A DNA stretch of 64,000 nucleotides, taken from NCBI RefSeq assembly GCF_009914755.1, contig NC_060927.1. The stretch is one strand, 5' to 3'. A program made the translations under genes and the position numbers. The stretch is from the human T2T-CHM13v2.0 reference genome, Homo sapiens. Positions 13,413 to 27,047 of this stretch are shown here, piece after piece. How positions within the stretch are numbered: the stretch's first letter is position 1; every line of letters begins with the position of its first letter. The notes under the pieces were generated by a model. That model did no database searches. It was not told the origin of the DNA and saw only the letters and a list, made by a program, of their open reading frames with translations.

Positions 13413-14821
13413 TTATAAAGACAATAAATTTCAAGTAGTAATTTTAATTTCTCTTCTTAATTGACACCCTTATCTTTATCTTTCTGCCATGAGTAGAAAT
13501 AAAATGATTTGAATTATTGTGTAATATGCTGTATGATAAGGAAACCATACTTGTTTACATACAGAAATATTTCCATCCATTGTGACAATACATGGAATAT
13601 ATGGTTTTATTTGTAGGTTCCTTGAAGTTAAAGAAAGGCACAGAATATCATTGCTTTGTCTATATTGCTTAACTTTCTAATTGATAAATTGAAAACATTT
13701 TACTCTTTCAATACCAGCAGTGACCATATGCCTCTTTTCTGAGATGGAAGAAAAAAATTTTTACATTCCCTTTATCCTTGCCACCTTTAATAAAATTGAA
13801 AGTAGTCAACATGCACTTCAATGATAATGAATAAAAACACCATGCATTTAATTATTATAGAATACAAAATAGGTAAAAAAAAAACTACAGTGGTTTCAAT
13901 ATTGCTATTTAACCTGATGCCAAAAAAATAGCATATTACTGTGTTAGAACTTTAGAGGCTTGTCCATCTTAGGCTTTCATGAAAGCTGTCGATACAGAAC
14001 TGTCACTCTTTTTGACACACCACTGACAACAAGCCTATCCCACAGAATGATGGAGACCTAATGGAATCAGAATTTCTAATCTCCCAGCAATCACATGTTC
14101 TTTTCTTGAAGCTCTGCCAGGAAATGTTTTCTCTGAGAAAGATGTTCAAACTTTTCATTACAGAACTTGAAACCACTTAAATTCACAGCATTTTAGATAC
14201 CCACCTTTGTACTAAACTCAAAGATTGGAGTTAAACTCATATGGGGAGCTCTGAGTCTCACAAAGAAATTATAAACCTATTTTTTCTGTCTTGAAAATTA
14301 ATGTTTCATTGGTGGTGATCATTGGTTTTGTATCAAGTTTGATTTAGCTGTCTCATTTATTTGGGGATGCTGTGCTTTAGTGGGATGTAATGAATGAGTA
14401 AGAAGCAAGAATATGGGGCTCGCTTGTGGTTCATGATTGATAGAGAAAAAAATGTGCAGGAGGATGTATGTGAAGGTGTGTGTGTGTGTGTCTGTCATTC
14501 TGTAGAAATTTATTTGCTCACTGTAATATAGGTATTGGGGCATAGGATTTATTGTTGTCTTTGAGTTCAGCCACGTTGTATTCAGGGACAATGTTAGGCT
14601 ATACTTAAACTATTGTGAAACAAACCCAACTTAACTAGTTTTAATGTATTTCTGCCTTCCTTGAAAATCCAAATTGAAAATGAGTTTTAGGAAGTTACCA
14701 AGAAGAAATAGCCTCTTTTTATAATTATCCTGCAATGCAAATGAACAATAAAAACTCTACCCATTTCCTGAAAGACTCATCCAGGCAGTTTTTCGCTTAT
14801 GTTCCAGAGCAAGATTTTAAA

Positions 14822-15019
14822 GCAACGATTGGCACCCTTTTTCTATAAAAGGCCAGCTAGTAAATATTTCTAGGTTTTGTGAGTCAGATTGTCTGTGTTC
14901 CACCTACCCAGCTTTGCCATTGTAGCATGAAAGCAGGATGATTGTATTCCAATTAAACATTATTTATAAAATTGAAGTGGGTTGGATTTGACCTATGGGT
15001 TCTAGTTTGTGAGCCCCTG
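14822..15019. mobile_element. MER58A (hAT-Charlie MITE)
   Basis: TTTTCTATAAAAGGCCAGCTAGTAAATATTT...GCCATTGTAGCATGAAAGCAG...TAGTTTGTGAGCCCCTG. Confidence 0.75.
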
Positions 15020-15405
15020 TATTAAAATATAAATAAGTTTAAGGTGTCAAATCTAAATATTCTCCATGAATAATACACTAAAGCAGGCATAATCCATTTG
15101 TATTCATAATTATGTACATTCATATTAGAGCCTATTAATATGAAAATGACTGAAATATATAAATATTACTACTTTTTACATTCATTGGAAATCATTATTT
15201 ACAACAACATTTCCAATTCGTTTTTCAGAAATAACAAAAAGAGAATTATGAGATTGATATAAAGGCAAAATTTATTGTTACATTATTTAGACTTGTTTTT
15301 CTACTTCAATCTTACAAGTTTGCTCAGTACTAAAATAACATTCTCCAATGAGTTAAATATTATCATTACATATATAGTATGTTTCTCTTTAAAAATGAAA
15401 GAGGA

Positions 15406-15732
15406 GGCCAGGCGCGGTGGCTCAAGCCGGTAATCCCCGTAATCCCAGCACTTTGGGAGACCGAGGCGGGCAGATCACGAGGTCAGGAGATGGAGACCAT
15501 CCTGGCTAACACGGTGAAACCCCGTTTCTACTAAAAATACAAAAAATTAGCTGAGCCCACGCTAATGGGCTCAGTGGCGCCCGCCACTGTAGTCCCACCT
15601 ACTCCGGAGGCTGAGACAGGGAATGGCATGAACCCAGGAGGCAGAGCTGGCAGTGATCTGAGATCGCACCACTGCACTCCAGCCTGGGCAACAGAGAGAG
15701 ACTCCGTCTCAAACCAAAAAAAAAAAAAAAAA
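15406..15732 (+). mobile_element. AluY-like element with internal micro-rearrangements
   Basis: AluY diagnostics GATCACGAGGTCAGGAGAT, CCATCCTGGCTAACACGGTG and AATGGCATGAACCC; poly(A) tail. Confidence 0.92.
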
Positions 15733-16833
15733 GAAATGTGTGTTAGGTATATGTTAATAGGAGACCAAACAATATCAAATAAATTTACATCAGAATACAA
15801 ATTTTTAAACTAGTTATGTTTTTTTGACCAATATATAGAAAGAGAGGACAATTTGAGGGAAGGTAAATGGGCATAGCTGTGAACATATAAAACGGGACAC
15901 TGTCTACATAAACTCACTCACTCTTCACCTTCCCCTTCTTATTGAGTGACCTCTGGAAATTCCAACAATTTTGTAAGCACCTAATCCTTTGTACTAAGTC
16001 ACTTTCTGTCACTAATATCAAGAATAGTTTCTGCTTTCAGCACTGGACCCTAACCTTTGCTAAACTTGGATATGCTATTACAAAACATTTTCAAACTGTA
16101 ACCTGTGATAGTTGACTTCATGTCAACAGACACTGTAATAATAGTTGAACTGGTTGGGAAAAGTGTGAATATTGATTTGGTTGTATGTTGAATACAGGTT
16201 TTAGCAAATCCCTTCAAAAGAGATAAAGGTAGAGAGCAATTTAATGTAGCTCTGAAAAATAGCCTTTGCAGGAGATAAGGCTTCAAACCTTTCTCAAACA
16301 CCTCTCATTAAGATATTTTGGGCAGACAAAGCAGTAAATATCATACCTAAAGTGTTTCTATTGAAATCAAGTTTATTGTACCAAAGGACTTAAAGGTAGC
16401 CACAGTTAATTTGGGAGAGAATGCTAAACCTAATAGTAGAATTAGTAAATAACTGACAGATTACTGATTTATGAACTGTACTTAACAAAGGCCTTTGCAA
16501 TTACTTTCATGTGGAAACTGTATGCTAATAGATCAAAGGCTAAAATGTTTCCAAGGGAACTTGAACCATCAATTTGGTCTATAATGTTTGTGACTTTTAA
16601 TCCTTAAAGCATCCCAAGAATATCAGGACTATAGCAAAAGAAGTGGACTCCAAACCTGTGCAGAAAACCCTTTAAGAAACTCAGCTGAATATAAGTTTTT
16701 CTGTTTATTATAGAATGAAAGGCTTTTCACAAATTCTTGCTGGCAGTGGCTGAAGTTTGTTCAAGAAAATTTATGTCAACAGACACAAAGTACGGACTAT
16801 ATGTTAAGCCCTCTGTTAAGTACTAGGGCATAC

Positions 16834-17948
16834 TGTTGCGGGAAGTCCAGAACCCCAAATGGAGGGACCGGCTGAAGCCATGGCAGAAGAATGTGGATTG
16901 TGAAAATTTCATGGACATTTATTAGTTCCCCAAATTAATACTTTTATAATTTCTTACGACTGTCTTTACTGCAATCTCTGAACATAAATTGTGAAGATTT
17001 CATGGACACTTATCACTTCCCCAATCAATACCCTTGTGATTTCCTATGCCTGTCTTTACTTTAATCTCTTAATCCCATCATCTTCGTAAACTGAGGAGGA
17101 TGTATGTCACCTCAGGACCCTGTGATGATTGCGTTAACTGCACAAATTGTTTGTAGAGCATGTGTGTTTAAACAATATAAAATCTGGGCACCTCAAAAAA
17201 AGAACAGGATAACAGCAATGTTCAGGGAACAAGAGAGATAACCTTAAACTCTGACTGCCGGTGAGCCGGGTGGAACAGAGCCATATTTCTCTTCTTTCAA
17301 AAGCAAATGGGAGAAATATCACTGAATTCTTTTTCTCAGCAAGGAACATCCCTGAGAAAGAGAATGCGTCCCTGAGGGTAGGCCTCTGAAATGGCCGCTT
17401 CGGGTGGGCGGCCATGTTTTATGGTCCAGCTGTAGGGATGAAATAAGCCCCAGTCTCCCATAGCGCTCCCAGGCTTATTAGGACGAGGAAATTCCCGCCT
17501 AATAAATTTTTGGTCAGACTGGTTGTCTGCTCTCAAACCCTGTCTCCTGATAAGATGTTATCAATGACAACGCGTGCCCAAAACTTCATTAGCAATTTTA
17601 ATTTCACCCCGGGCCTGTGGTCCTGTGATCTTGCCCTGCCTTTCATTTGCCTTGTGATATTCTATTACCTTGTGAAGCAAGTGATCTCTGTGACCCACAG
17701 CCTATTCATATACTCCCTCCCCTTTTGAAAATCACTAATAAAAACTTGCTGATTTTGCAGCTCCGGGGGCATCACGGAAACTGCTGACATGTGATGTCTC
17801 CCCCGGACAGCCAGCTTTAAAATTTCTCTCTTTTGTACTCTGTCCCTTTAGTTTTCAGACCGGCCAACACTTAGAGAAAATAGAAAAGAATCTACATGAA
17901 ATATCGGGGGTGAATTTCGCCAGATATCTGGCTGAATTTCCCCCAATA
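16834..17948 (+). mobile_element. MER11 (MER11B-like) solo LTR of HERV-K11/HML-8
   Basis: Starts TGTTGCGGGAAGTC, internal repeat of ATTGTGAA(A/G)ATTTCATGGACA, AATAAA near 17737, ends GGCTGAATTTCCCCCAATA; about 1.1 kb. Confidence 0.9.
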
Positions 17949-17960
17949 GTATGCAAAGGG

Positions 17961-18022
17961 GTGTGTGTGTGTGTGTCTGTGTCTGTGTGTGTGTGTGTCT
18001 GTATGCCTGTGCGTGCATACAT
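17961..18022. repeat. (TG)n-rich compound microsatellite
   Basis: Direct reading. Confidence 0.85.
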
Positions 18023-18839
18023 GTGCACGTGCTGTATGCTCCCTAAAACTTTCAATTCAATATGCTGAAAAATTTAGTATCATTCGTGATCCAACTCCCC
18101 CCAGAAAGGCCCCTCTGTTACTTGAGTTGTATTTATTCAGAAACATGTAGAATGGATTTTTATAAAATTTCATCCTCTGTTATCTTTACACTTGCTGCTC
18201 TTATTTAATTTCACATGTACTTTCATCTATATTATTAAAGATTTCTCCTCTCTGGTCATCATATTTCTTCCAATGTGTTTTCATAATATATTTAAAAATT
18301 TTAAATCAACTATTGAGTTATAATTTATATACAATAAACATACTCATTTGGACGACAGAGGTGAATTAATTTTGATGAAAATTTACCTTTTGAAATCACT
18401 ACAATAGTCATGATATAGAATATTTTCACCATCCCATAAAGTTTCCCAGTGACCTTTGACAATCCATCCTATCGATCCTCTCCTACCCTTCACCCAGGCT
18501 GTTATTAATTTGTTTTCTATCAATATGGTTCGGTTTGTATATACTATAGTATTATATAAGTAAGTAAAACAGAATATATTCTTTTATGAATTTTTTTTCA
18601 TGAAGCATAATCTTTTAGAGTTTCAGCCAGTTGTTGTGTGCATCAATAGTGTGTTGCATTGTATAGGTATAATACAATTTGTCTTTCATTCACATCTTTA
18701 GTGAAATGCAGATTGTTTACAGTAACTATTATGAATAAAGGTGCCATAAAGATCTGTGTTCAAATATTTCTGTGAAGGATATACATATATATATATACAG
18801 AAAGAGAGAGAGCTTTATATCTATGGTCATATATATATA

Positions 18840-19487
18840 CAGTCTTGTTATTCATGGTAGTTATGTTCTATAAAGTCACCACGAGCCCTGAATTAGCGAA
18901 TACTAAACATTACTCTTGGAGAAATACATGGTTAGGTCCCCTTGAGGCTTTGGTCACATTTTCATTAAGAATCAGTATATTATCTTGTTTTATGTATGTT
19001 ATTGTTTAAGGACACCTTATTTAATATGTATTGTTGATTCAGTAACATCGGACTCACAGTCAATGGTGCAATAAGTCAAGCCTGAAGGAAGCTAAGCTAA
19101 TACATACATGCATTTTCTCCATCAGGCACATCAGTGCCTTCTTGCATTTAGGAATGCTAGACAGCAATTCAGCACTACATTTGAGAACCATTTTAAAGAG
19201 TGAAATCATCAACAAAAAGAATAACAATACAAAAAATGTGGCACTAAATGAACCCTGAAAAATACACTTGTTTGCAGTATGAGAGCTGAAATCAGAAGGC
19301 AAATCACTGCCTTATTCATCCTCAACTGGAAAAATGCATGTTAAGCTGCTCAAAATTTCACTGCTCTGTACATGTCCATGAATGGCCATGAAAGTACTAC
19401 AAGTATTGATTTTAGGGTTACAAATACATTTTAGTGAGTAGGCAAATTTGCCAATAGGAAATCCACAAATAATGAAGATCAAGGGTG
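18840..19487 (-). mobile_element. MER82 (TcMar-Tigger)
   Basis: About 650 bp; GTAGTTATGTTCTATAAAGTCACC at one end, AATCCACAAATAATGAAGATCAA at the other; minus ORF 19060-19302 retains the Tigger-like N-terminus KCSAELLSSIPKCKKALMCLMEK. Confidence 0.82.
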
Positions 19488-19957
19488 ATGTATGGGTATG
19501 TATATCTGTTAGTGTATATTAGCTATATACCTACAAGATGATTAAATTTTTGAATTGCTGGGTCCAGAGAGTAAATACATATTTAATTTTTATTAAACTG
19601 CCAAACCATTTTTTTCACATTTCAGACTTTAATCAGTAAAGTATGAGAGGTCTACTTATTATGAATCTTACCCTACAGTTGGTATTGTCAGTTGTATGAC
19701 CCTACTTTTAAAATTTTTTGTTATTCAGGTGTGTGTATTTAAGTGTGCGTAGTTGCGGGGTTATCTCATTATAAAATGTTCCTCTTACAAATGTATTGGC
19801 TATGTAAAAAAGCTATACATGTTCAATGGATATAAGAAAATCAACTTTATTGAAGCTTAATTTAAATATCATGAAATGCATCCATTTTAAGTGTATACTT
19901 GAATAAGTTTTCATAAATGTGTGACTCCATGAAACCACCAGTATTGAAAGGACAGAC

Positions 19958-20802
19958 TGTAAAGGGAAGAGAGCATATTGATTTTTTTCTCTACTCTCAT
20001 GCTTACCAAAGAACAATTCTATGATCAGATGTGTGGGGACTTTTCTCCACACACCAAATAATTCTCTAGCAGATAACAATTGAGTGTCCTATAATTCAAT
20101 TCATTTCTGATACTGTCTACCTGAAGATATTGTCAGATCCCACAGGTTAAAAGCTCAGTCCCATAGCTTCCCCCACCAATTTCAGATGCCAATTTCAAGT
20201 GCCAGGTTGTGATCTCTGCTTCTGACAGTCCAACTATAAATTTGAGCTCCCACAAATTCCCTTCCAGGATTCAATAATTTGCTAAAGCTGTTCCCAAAAT
20301 TCAGGGGAACACTCCACATACATTTACTGGATTAACTTAATGGACTGTATAAAGGATGTAGACAAAGAACCAAATAAAGAGATGAACATGGGAAAGTATG
20401 GTGGGGAAGGGGGAGACCATCCCAGAGCTTCCATGTCCTTCTTGTTGGCACCACCCCTCCAGCACCTTCCTGTGTTCAGCAACCTGAGAGTTCATCAAAT
20501 CTTGTTGTTCAAGGGTTTTCAAAGAACTTAATTTTCACCCCTACCCTTTCCTATATGATGGCAGGTGGAGCTAAAAGTTCCAACCCTCCAATTCTCTAAT
20601 AATTTGTTCTTTCTGGTGAATGGCCACAACCTGAGGCTACCTAGAGGCCCTGCCCCAAGTCATCTCATTAGCGTAAGCTCAGGTGTTATAAAGGGACTCA
20701 TGAATAACAAAAGACATTCCTATCACTAGGGGGTTTTAGGAGCTCTGTGACAGAAACCTAGGACGAAGACCAAATACATTTTATATTTCATATTGTACCA
20801 CA
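19958..20802 (-). mobile_element. MER21 (MER21B-like) solo LTR
   Basis: TG...CA termini; GTCAGATCCCACAGGTTAA and GGTTTTAGGAGCTCTGTGACAGAAACC motifs; perfect TSD CAGAC at 19953-19957 and 20803-20807. Confidence 0.82.
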
Positions 20803-21197
20803 CAGACACTTCCATCACCCCCAGCAGTCTGCATATTTCCTTTGCTCACTTACCCTCAATTCCTTGTAAATGGGTCATGGTTTGTCCTGCTTCTTGTAGA
20901 AATGTGATATTTTCCAGAAGTTTTTAAATTTTAGCCTTTATGTTAATAGTGATGCTCAATTCCAAGTTAATTTTTGTGTTTATAGTGAGGTTAAGGTCAA
21001 CATTTAATTTTTTTCCATATTGGTAGCTATTGTTCTTGCAACATCTGTTGAAAAGACTAGCCTTTGTCCTGGGTATTTTATCAAAACTCAGTTGTGTATG
21101 TTTAATTTTTTACACCAATTCTCTTTTTTTAAATCTATTTGTCTATCATTACACATTACACCAATACCAGGTAGTTATGAATAGTTGAATATTATAT

Positions 21198-21902
21198 TGT
21201 TATAGGTAGTTAGGCATAAGTAGGCCAGGAGAGGGCTCTCCCTCACCAGATAGAAATGTAGGGTGATGGTTTGGCAATTTTCACATTGCCTCTCTAAAAC
21301 TGATAAATTGGCAGCTGGCACCAGGGAGAGGCCATTTCCTGATGGTCCATACTTGTTGCACAAAAGTGTTAATTAAATGCAGGTGCCAAGGAGAAGTAAC
21401 TTCTTGGGCATACACATTAAGAGACAAAATGGTGGAGTATGACCTTCTGGAGACACGAGTGGAAAAGGGAAGAAAGCCTCAGGTGGACATGTGTAAAACT
21501 TCCTAAACACACTGCACATGCTCACATCCCAAGGTTAAGGAGGGCACTGCCCATGTGGGGAGCCCACTCTAAGGGAATAATCATGGGAAAGGGACCAGCC
21601 TGTAAAGCCCTAGGATCAAGGTTAAACACCACACTTGACCTTCACGTGCCCACTTGGGTTTCTTCCAAGTGTACTTTCCTTTTTTTCCTGTTATACAGCC
21701 TTTTTAAATACACTTCCACTCCAGCTCTGAAACTTGCCTTGTTCTCTTTTTCTGCCTTATGCCTCTCAGTCGAATTCTTTCTTCTGAGGAGGCAAGAATT
21801 GAATTTGCTGCAGACCCATACAATTGGCCACTGGTAACTCGGATACCTGCCACTGGTAACATATGTGGTGCTGTGAGGCTCAGATATTTGCCACCCCTAA
21901 CA
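21198..21902 (+). mobile_element. MER50-like ERV1 solo LTR
   Basis: TGTTATAGGTAGTTAGGCA...GAATTCTTTCTTCTGAGGAGGCAAGAATTGA...CCCCTAACA; about 700 bp. Confidence 0.78.
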
Positions 21903-21920
21903 ATAGTAAGATTGAACTCA

Positions 21921-22244
<324 letters not shown>

Positions 22245-22553
22245 TCACATTAGTGTCAAACATGTTTGGTTCTTTCTAAGTCTAAAATTCTATGATTTCA
22301 TTATTTCATTAATTCAACTAAAATTATGGAATGTTTACTTTGTACTAGCTACTTTGTTCCAAAATGAAAATGAAAACAAGAAAATGTATTTCTCAGGACT
22401 TCGGAGTCTAAATATAAAACTACAAACTGTTAAAATAGAAATGAATACCAAATATTATATAATAGAAAATAGAAAATGTAGGAATTAAATTTGCCTATGT
22501 ACGTCAGAATGGCTTAAAAGACTACTCTTATAGTGGGATTTTCTTTCTCTTTC

Positions 22554-23183
22554 TGAGACAGAGTAAAGACAGAACTCAGCCCCTCCCTATACCCCACCAA
22601 GGACGTCTACTGCAAGCTAATTTGGTGGAGCAGGCATGGCCAGCAGGGACCCCACCGGACTGTCCAGACCTTGCACCATAAACCTTACTCAAGGTACCTA
22701 ACTGACCAACTGTGTCACCATGAGGAGACTAAAATTAGCAGCTTTTGCCATAAATCTTACTAAAGGGAATTAAAACGTGGAGACCCACTATAAGTTTTAC
22801 CCGCTGAAGATAACCATATTACCCATACGCTCAGAAGATCAAAATAATGATCAGTCTTTGCCCTTTGCCTCACTGTAATATCAAAAATCACAGCCAGGGG
22901 TGGAGATTTAACATGCTAATGCGACATGCAATACATGAAGAAGCATGTTATCAGACTGCCCAGATACCAGACGTTCCCCACCTCTAAATGCTTACATGTC
23001 ACTTCCTTCCCATTTTAGCTCCTTTAAAATTACTCTCCTGACTCTCTTCAGAGAGGCAGGCAGAGAATTTTCTCTCTCTTATGCCTGGGCATAGAATCAA
23101 ATAAAGTTTTGCTGGGAAAACTCCTTTGGCCTTCTGTCAATTTCTATTGCATTGATAGCACAAGAATCTGTAGTTTGGTAATA
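22554..23183 (+). mobile_element. 5' LTR of the ERV1 provirus (MER67-like)
   Basis: TG start, AATAAA near 23100, ends GGTAATA (decayed GGTAACA), closely followed by the PBS. Confidence 0.8.
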
Positions 23184-23190
23184 TATTAAT

Positions 23191-23208
23191 TGGGGGCTCA
23201 TATGAGAT
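23191..23208 (+). promoter_or_regulatory. Decayed tRNA-Pro primer-binding site
   Basis: TGGGGGCTCATATGAGAT versus canonical TGGGGGCTCGTCCGGGAT (14/18, two differences at CpGs), 7 bp after the LTR. Confidence 0.7.
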
Positions 23209-26200
23209 CATGGGACACGGAGCGCCCTTTCTCCCATGATGGGGGAGATTCGTGGGCTAAAAGGACTGCTGGACAAGATCACTACACAGCTAGTGAGACG
23301 CCCCCTGAATCTTTGATTCAGTGTCACCACAGCTGGTGAGTCTTTCTTCAACCTCCAGAGCTCCTTGCCACCTCCACTGAGCCATGCTCTTTTCCCTTCC
23401 CTTCCTCTCTCTTTACTCTCTTTTCCCTTTCCTATCTTTTCTGCCACTCAGGGTGCCCCTCCTCTCTTCCTCACTTCTTAACACAGAAAGTTGGATCTAA
23501 ATGGACATCCATATGAGACAAGTTGAAACAGTCAACTCAGTTTTACCAGTCTGGGACACTTGAATATATATTTATAAAGGACAGATTGAAACAGCTGATC
23601 TGAGTATAATCAACCCAGTTGTCAGTGAGATGGGTTTCACTTCATCCTTCACATTAGTTGATTTGGGTTTGAGTCCCAGGAAATATCTCTCTCTCTCTCT
23701 CTCTTTTTTTTTCTCTCCTTATGTACCTAGATTTTGATTTTGTATCTTTGTGTAAAACTCATCATTAATGCTTTGCTTCTCTTTGCCACACTTCTGGCCT
23801 TCAGGAAGGCACCAGGCACATCTGAGTGTGACAGTAATTATTGGTTTTCTGCACAATAAAAAAAGTTCAGAATGCTAATAATCTGTAACTACAGATTTAA
23901 GTCAAGTCTTCTAACATTCTCTATCTCCCCCTATTTCTTTTCTGCCTGCTTTGCATCTGCTATTGTTAAGCTGCTGGTGATGAGATAAGACTCAATGTTT
24001 ATGGTTTAACTGAAATGTAAACTTTTAAAAAACTTGTTTAAAACTAAAGAAAAAAAGAGGTAAAAGAGAGTTTTAAAACTAAACTACCATACAGGCTACT
24101 TTATCCAAATTTGGTACACAGCTTTCCTTAGATTACTTATCAGGACAGGAAAAGTTTAGCCATATGAACAGGTTACAATTTTGTTAGAAAAATAATTTGA
24201 ATCCAGCTATCTTTTATAAAATGGTGAGTTCATATTGCTGTCTTTTATAAAATGACTAGAATTCCAAGGTAAAAGCTATTGAATCTTTGTTTATGTGTGT
24301 GTCCACATGTTTAGATGTGTTTATGTACATATATTATGATATATGTTTTGTCTAGCAGAATACCAAATTGGCTTATAAGTAAATGAGTACTCGCAACTTA
24401 AATCCATTGCTCTTTTGTTTCATATGACTTCAACAATTGTTGATAAATACAGACAATTTTAAAGATTTTTGGTAAAATAAAATTTAAAACTTCTTCACTA
24501 TTTAGCCTTGGTCTAAATTAAGCAGGTCAGAAACTTCGTTCACAAGATGCTTTAAGGTCATAAACTGATTCTATGACATTTTTGATAATTGTTTCACTTG
24601 TCTGTTTTACAGCTATTAGAATCTAGGTAAGGCCTGGAGACATGTGAAGTTAGCTATGTGCCCTGGCTAGGCTGGGAAGACTCAGATACTGTCTGCAGCT
24701 CTGTCCTTGTTCTGGGCTCTGCAATCTGATACATGGTTAAAATTTTTACTAACCAAGTTTTTCACTAAAATTAAAAGTTGTTAAGAGATAATATTGTAAC
24801 ATTTCTAAGTGAGACTACTGGAAAAACAGTTTTACATGTAAAGTATGTAAAGTAAAAAGTGTTTTTTTAATAAAAGGTCACAAAAAGGTATTGAAATATG
24901 GCTTTTGTTATAGGAAAAATAATTTTCTTGAATTTAGAGGCTTATACAGATCATCCTAAATTCAAAGAATAATACTACAGAACTAAAGTTTTAGCAGGTT
25001 ATAAAAGATGTATAAAAGTTTAATCTTATAAGGAAAGTTAGGTGTGGAAGAAAGCTAGCCAAAATTTGAAGGGGATTTTTTAGGTTACTTTTTTCTGTCT
25101 TTATTAGGTCTTGTTATTTGGAAAGCTGAGTCACCCTTGTATAAATAACTAAAGGATTTCACTTTTTTGAAATGTTTGAGTTAGCACTTTGGCTAAATAA
25201 ATAACCTGAGATCCTATTTTGTGATGTTGAGTGTTTTAAACCTTTGATATTTGACAAAATTTCTAAAATCAAGTCAAAAAGAGACATTTGGCTTATATAA
25301 CATATTAAAATTATACAAGAAACATTGTCAAGTGTAAAATAAATGTTTGGCTTTGATGGAGGAATGTTTGAATAAAAGTATTATTAATATGTGTTCCAGA
25401 ATTCCACAGGACTCCGTTATTTTGGATATGTCTCAATTATAATATTTTCAGTAATATTTATGTTTATGTTAAATTGTTGTATATCATAAAATAACCAAAT
25501 TTTATTTTCAGTTGTGTCATTAACCATGGTTGTTCTGAGATTTTTGTCATCTGCAATTGTTGTTTTACTTTTTGATCCTTCTCAGAAAGTGGTTTTATAA
25601 TCAGCTGTAGGTCTCTGACAGTTGCTCTTGAATGCAGGTTTCTAATAACTAGAGATTGGGCCATTAGGATAGAGCAAAAAACTTCAAAGTCTCTCTTGAA
25701 GCACTAATATGTTTCTAAATATTGATTAAAACAAGAGTTACCTGCATGAACTAAACTAATAGAAGTTTTAAAAAAAACTTCTTATGACTGTGTTTTCTCT
25801 AATTGCTATTGCTTTTTTTGTTTTGTTTTTCAGAGCCAAAACACTTTTTTTTTAGTTTTTTTTTACAGCTTTCAACAATAGAGGAAAATATACTCCTAGA
25901 AGCAAAATTTAGAACATACTTCTTTATCTCTACCAAATTTCTCCAGAATATAAAAACTATTTTTGTGTATTCTTAACTTATGTCAATACAGTTTTTAGCA
26001 TAAGTGAAATAAGAATCAGTTTTCTTTTCTAACAAGACACATTTAGAGACTTGTGTTTTTACCAAAGCTTTAACTGCAATGGCATGCTTTATAAATTGAA
26101 GATGACTTATAGACCTGATAAAAACCCTTTGGAAAAACTGGCCTCATACCTTGAGTATATAGTCCTTGTACAGGATTTCCCACCTGTGGTAAGTAAAGAA

Positions 26201-27047
26201 TGGCACTTTCTAACAGGTCTAGAAACCCCAAGTTATATTGGGATCTCAACAGGACAGGCATTCACCCAATTCATACAGGTATTTGCAGGCACAGATAAAT
26301 CTGTGGCTTGGCTCAAGGCTTGAAAACATCTAATCTGAGATCCCTTATGAAAATGAGTTTCAGCAAAGTGAAGTTGAAAAAAAAACCAAACCAAACAAAA
26401 CAAAACAGAATGACTATAAATCTATATGTCAAATATTTTTTCTTGGTACACTTTATGCAAAGAAGCAAGGCCACTATAATAACATTAAAACTTATTTTGC
26501 AAACAAATTGGTCCTATTAGTTTTGTCTAAAAATGGGAAACTGGAGAGAGAAAAATAATGTTTCAAAAAACACTATAATAAAACTGTTCTTAGATTTCAG
26601 CCTTTTCCATTGTTTTTGAGTTTTTTGAATTTTTTCTATAATTTAGACTACATCTCAAGTTATTTCTGGGCTACCAGTCTCCTAACTTACATTTCCAAGT
26701 TTTTCTGCAGACCAAAATAACACTAATGGCTGAAGCTTATTTCTTATAATAGAGGTGAGCCCATGGAGGACCTCAAGTACCTGTTCAAGAAGGCCAGTTT
26801 ACAGACAAATATATTACCTGTCTCTAAGTCTGATGATTTTCCTGATGATATTGATTGCCTTGCGGATATTTTGTGACTTTTCTTAGCCCACACCCCTGGA
26901 CAAAAATTTCCTTTGTCCTTGTTGGGTATAGGGAAATAGACCATGCTGCTCAGCAAGGCTGTAATCCCTTTCCTTCCTTGACTGTTAGAAGGGAAAATGA
27001 TAGCAGTTTAATGCCTTGATCCCAACAATACTGGCAGTGATTGGGCT

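Larger units (their letters stand above)
18295..21165 (-). mobile_element. Ancient L1M 3'-end fragments interrupted by MER82 and MER21
   Basis: L1M-type 3' UTR motifs (TATTGAGTTATAATTTATATACAATAAAC; GATATAGAATATTTTCACCATCCC; TTGTTCTTGCAACATCTGTTGAAAAGACT); probably more than one element. Confidence 0.55.

Noticed and set aside
16895-17070. Direct repeats resembling a CRISPR or other array
   Set aside because: Internal tandem duplication intrinsic to the MER11 LTR; two units, no spacers, eukaryotic context.
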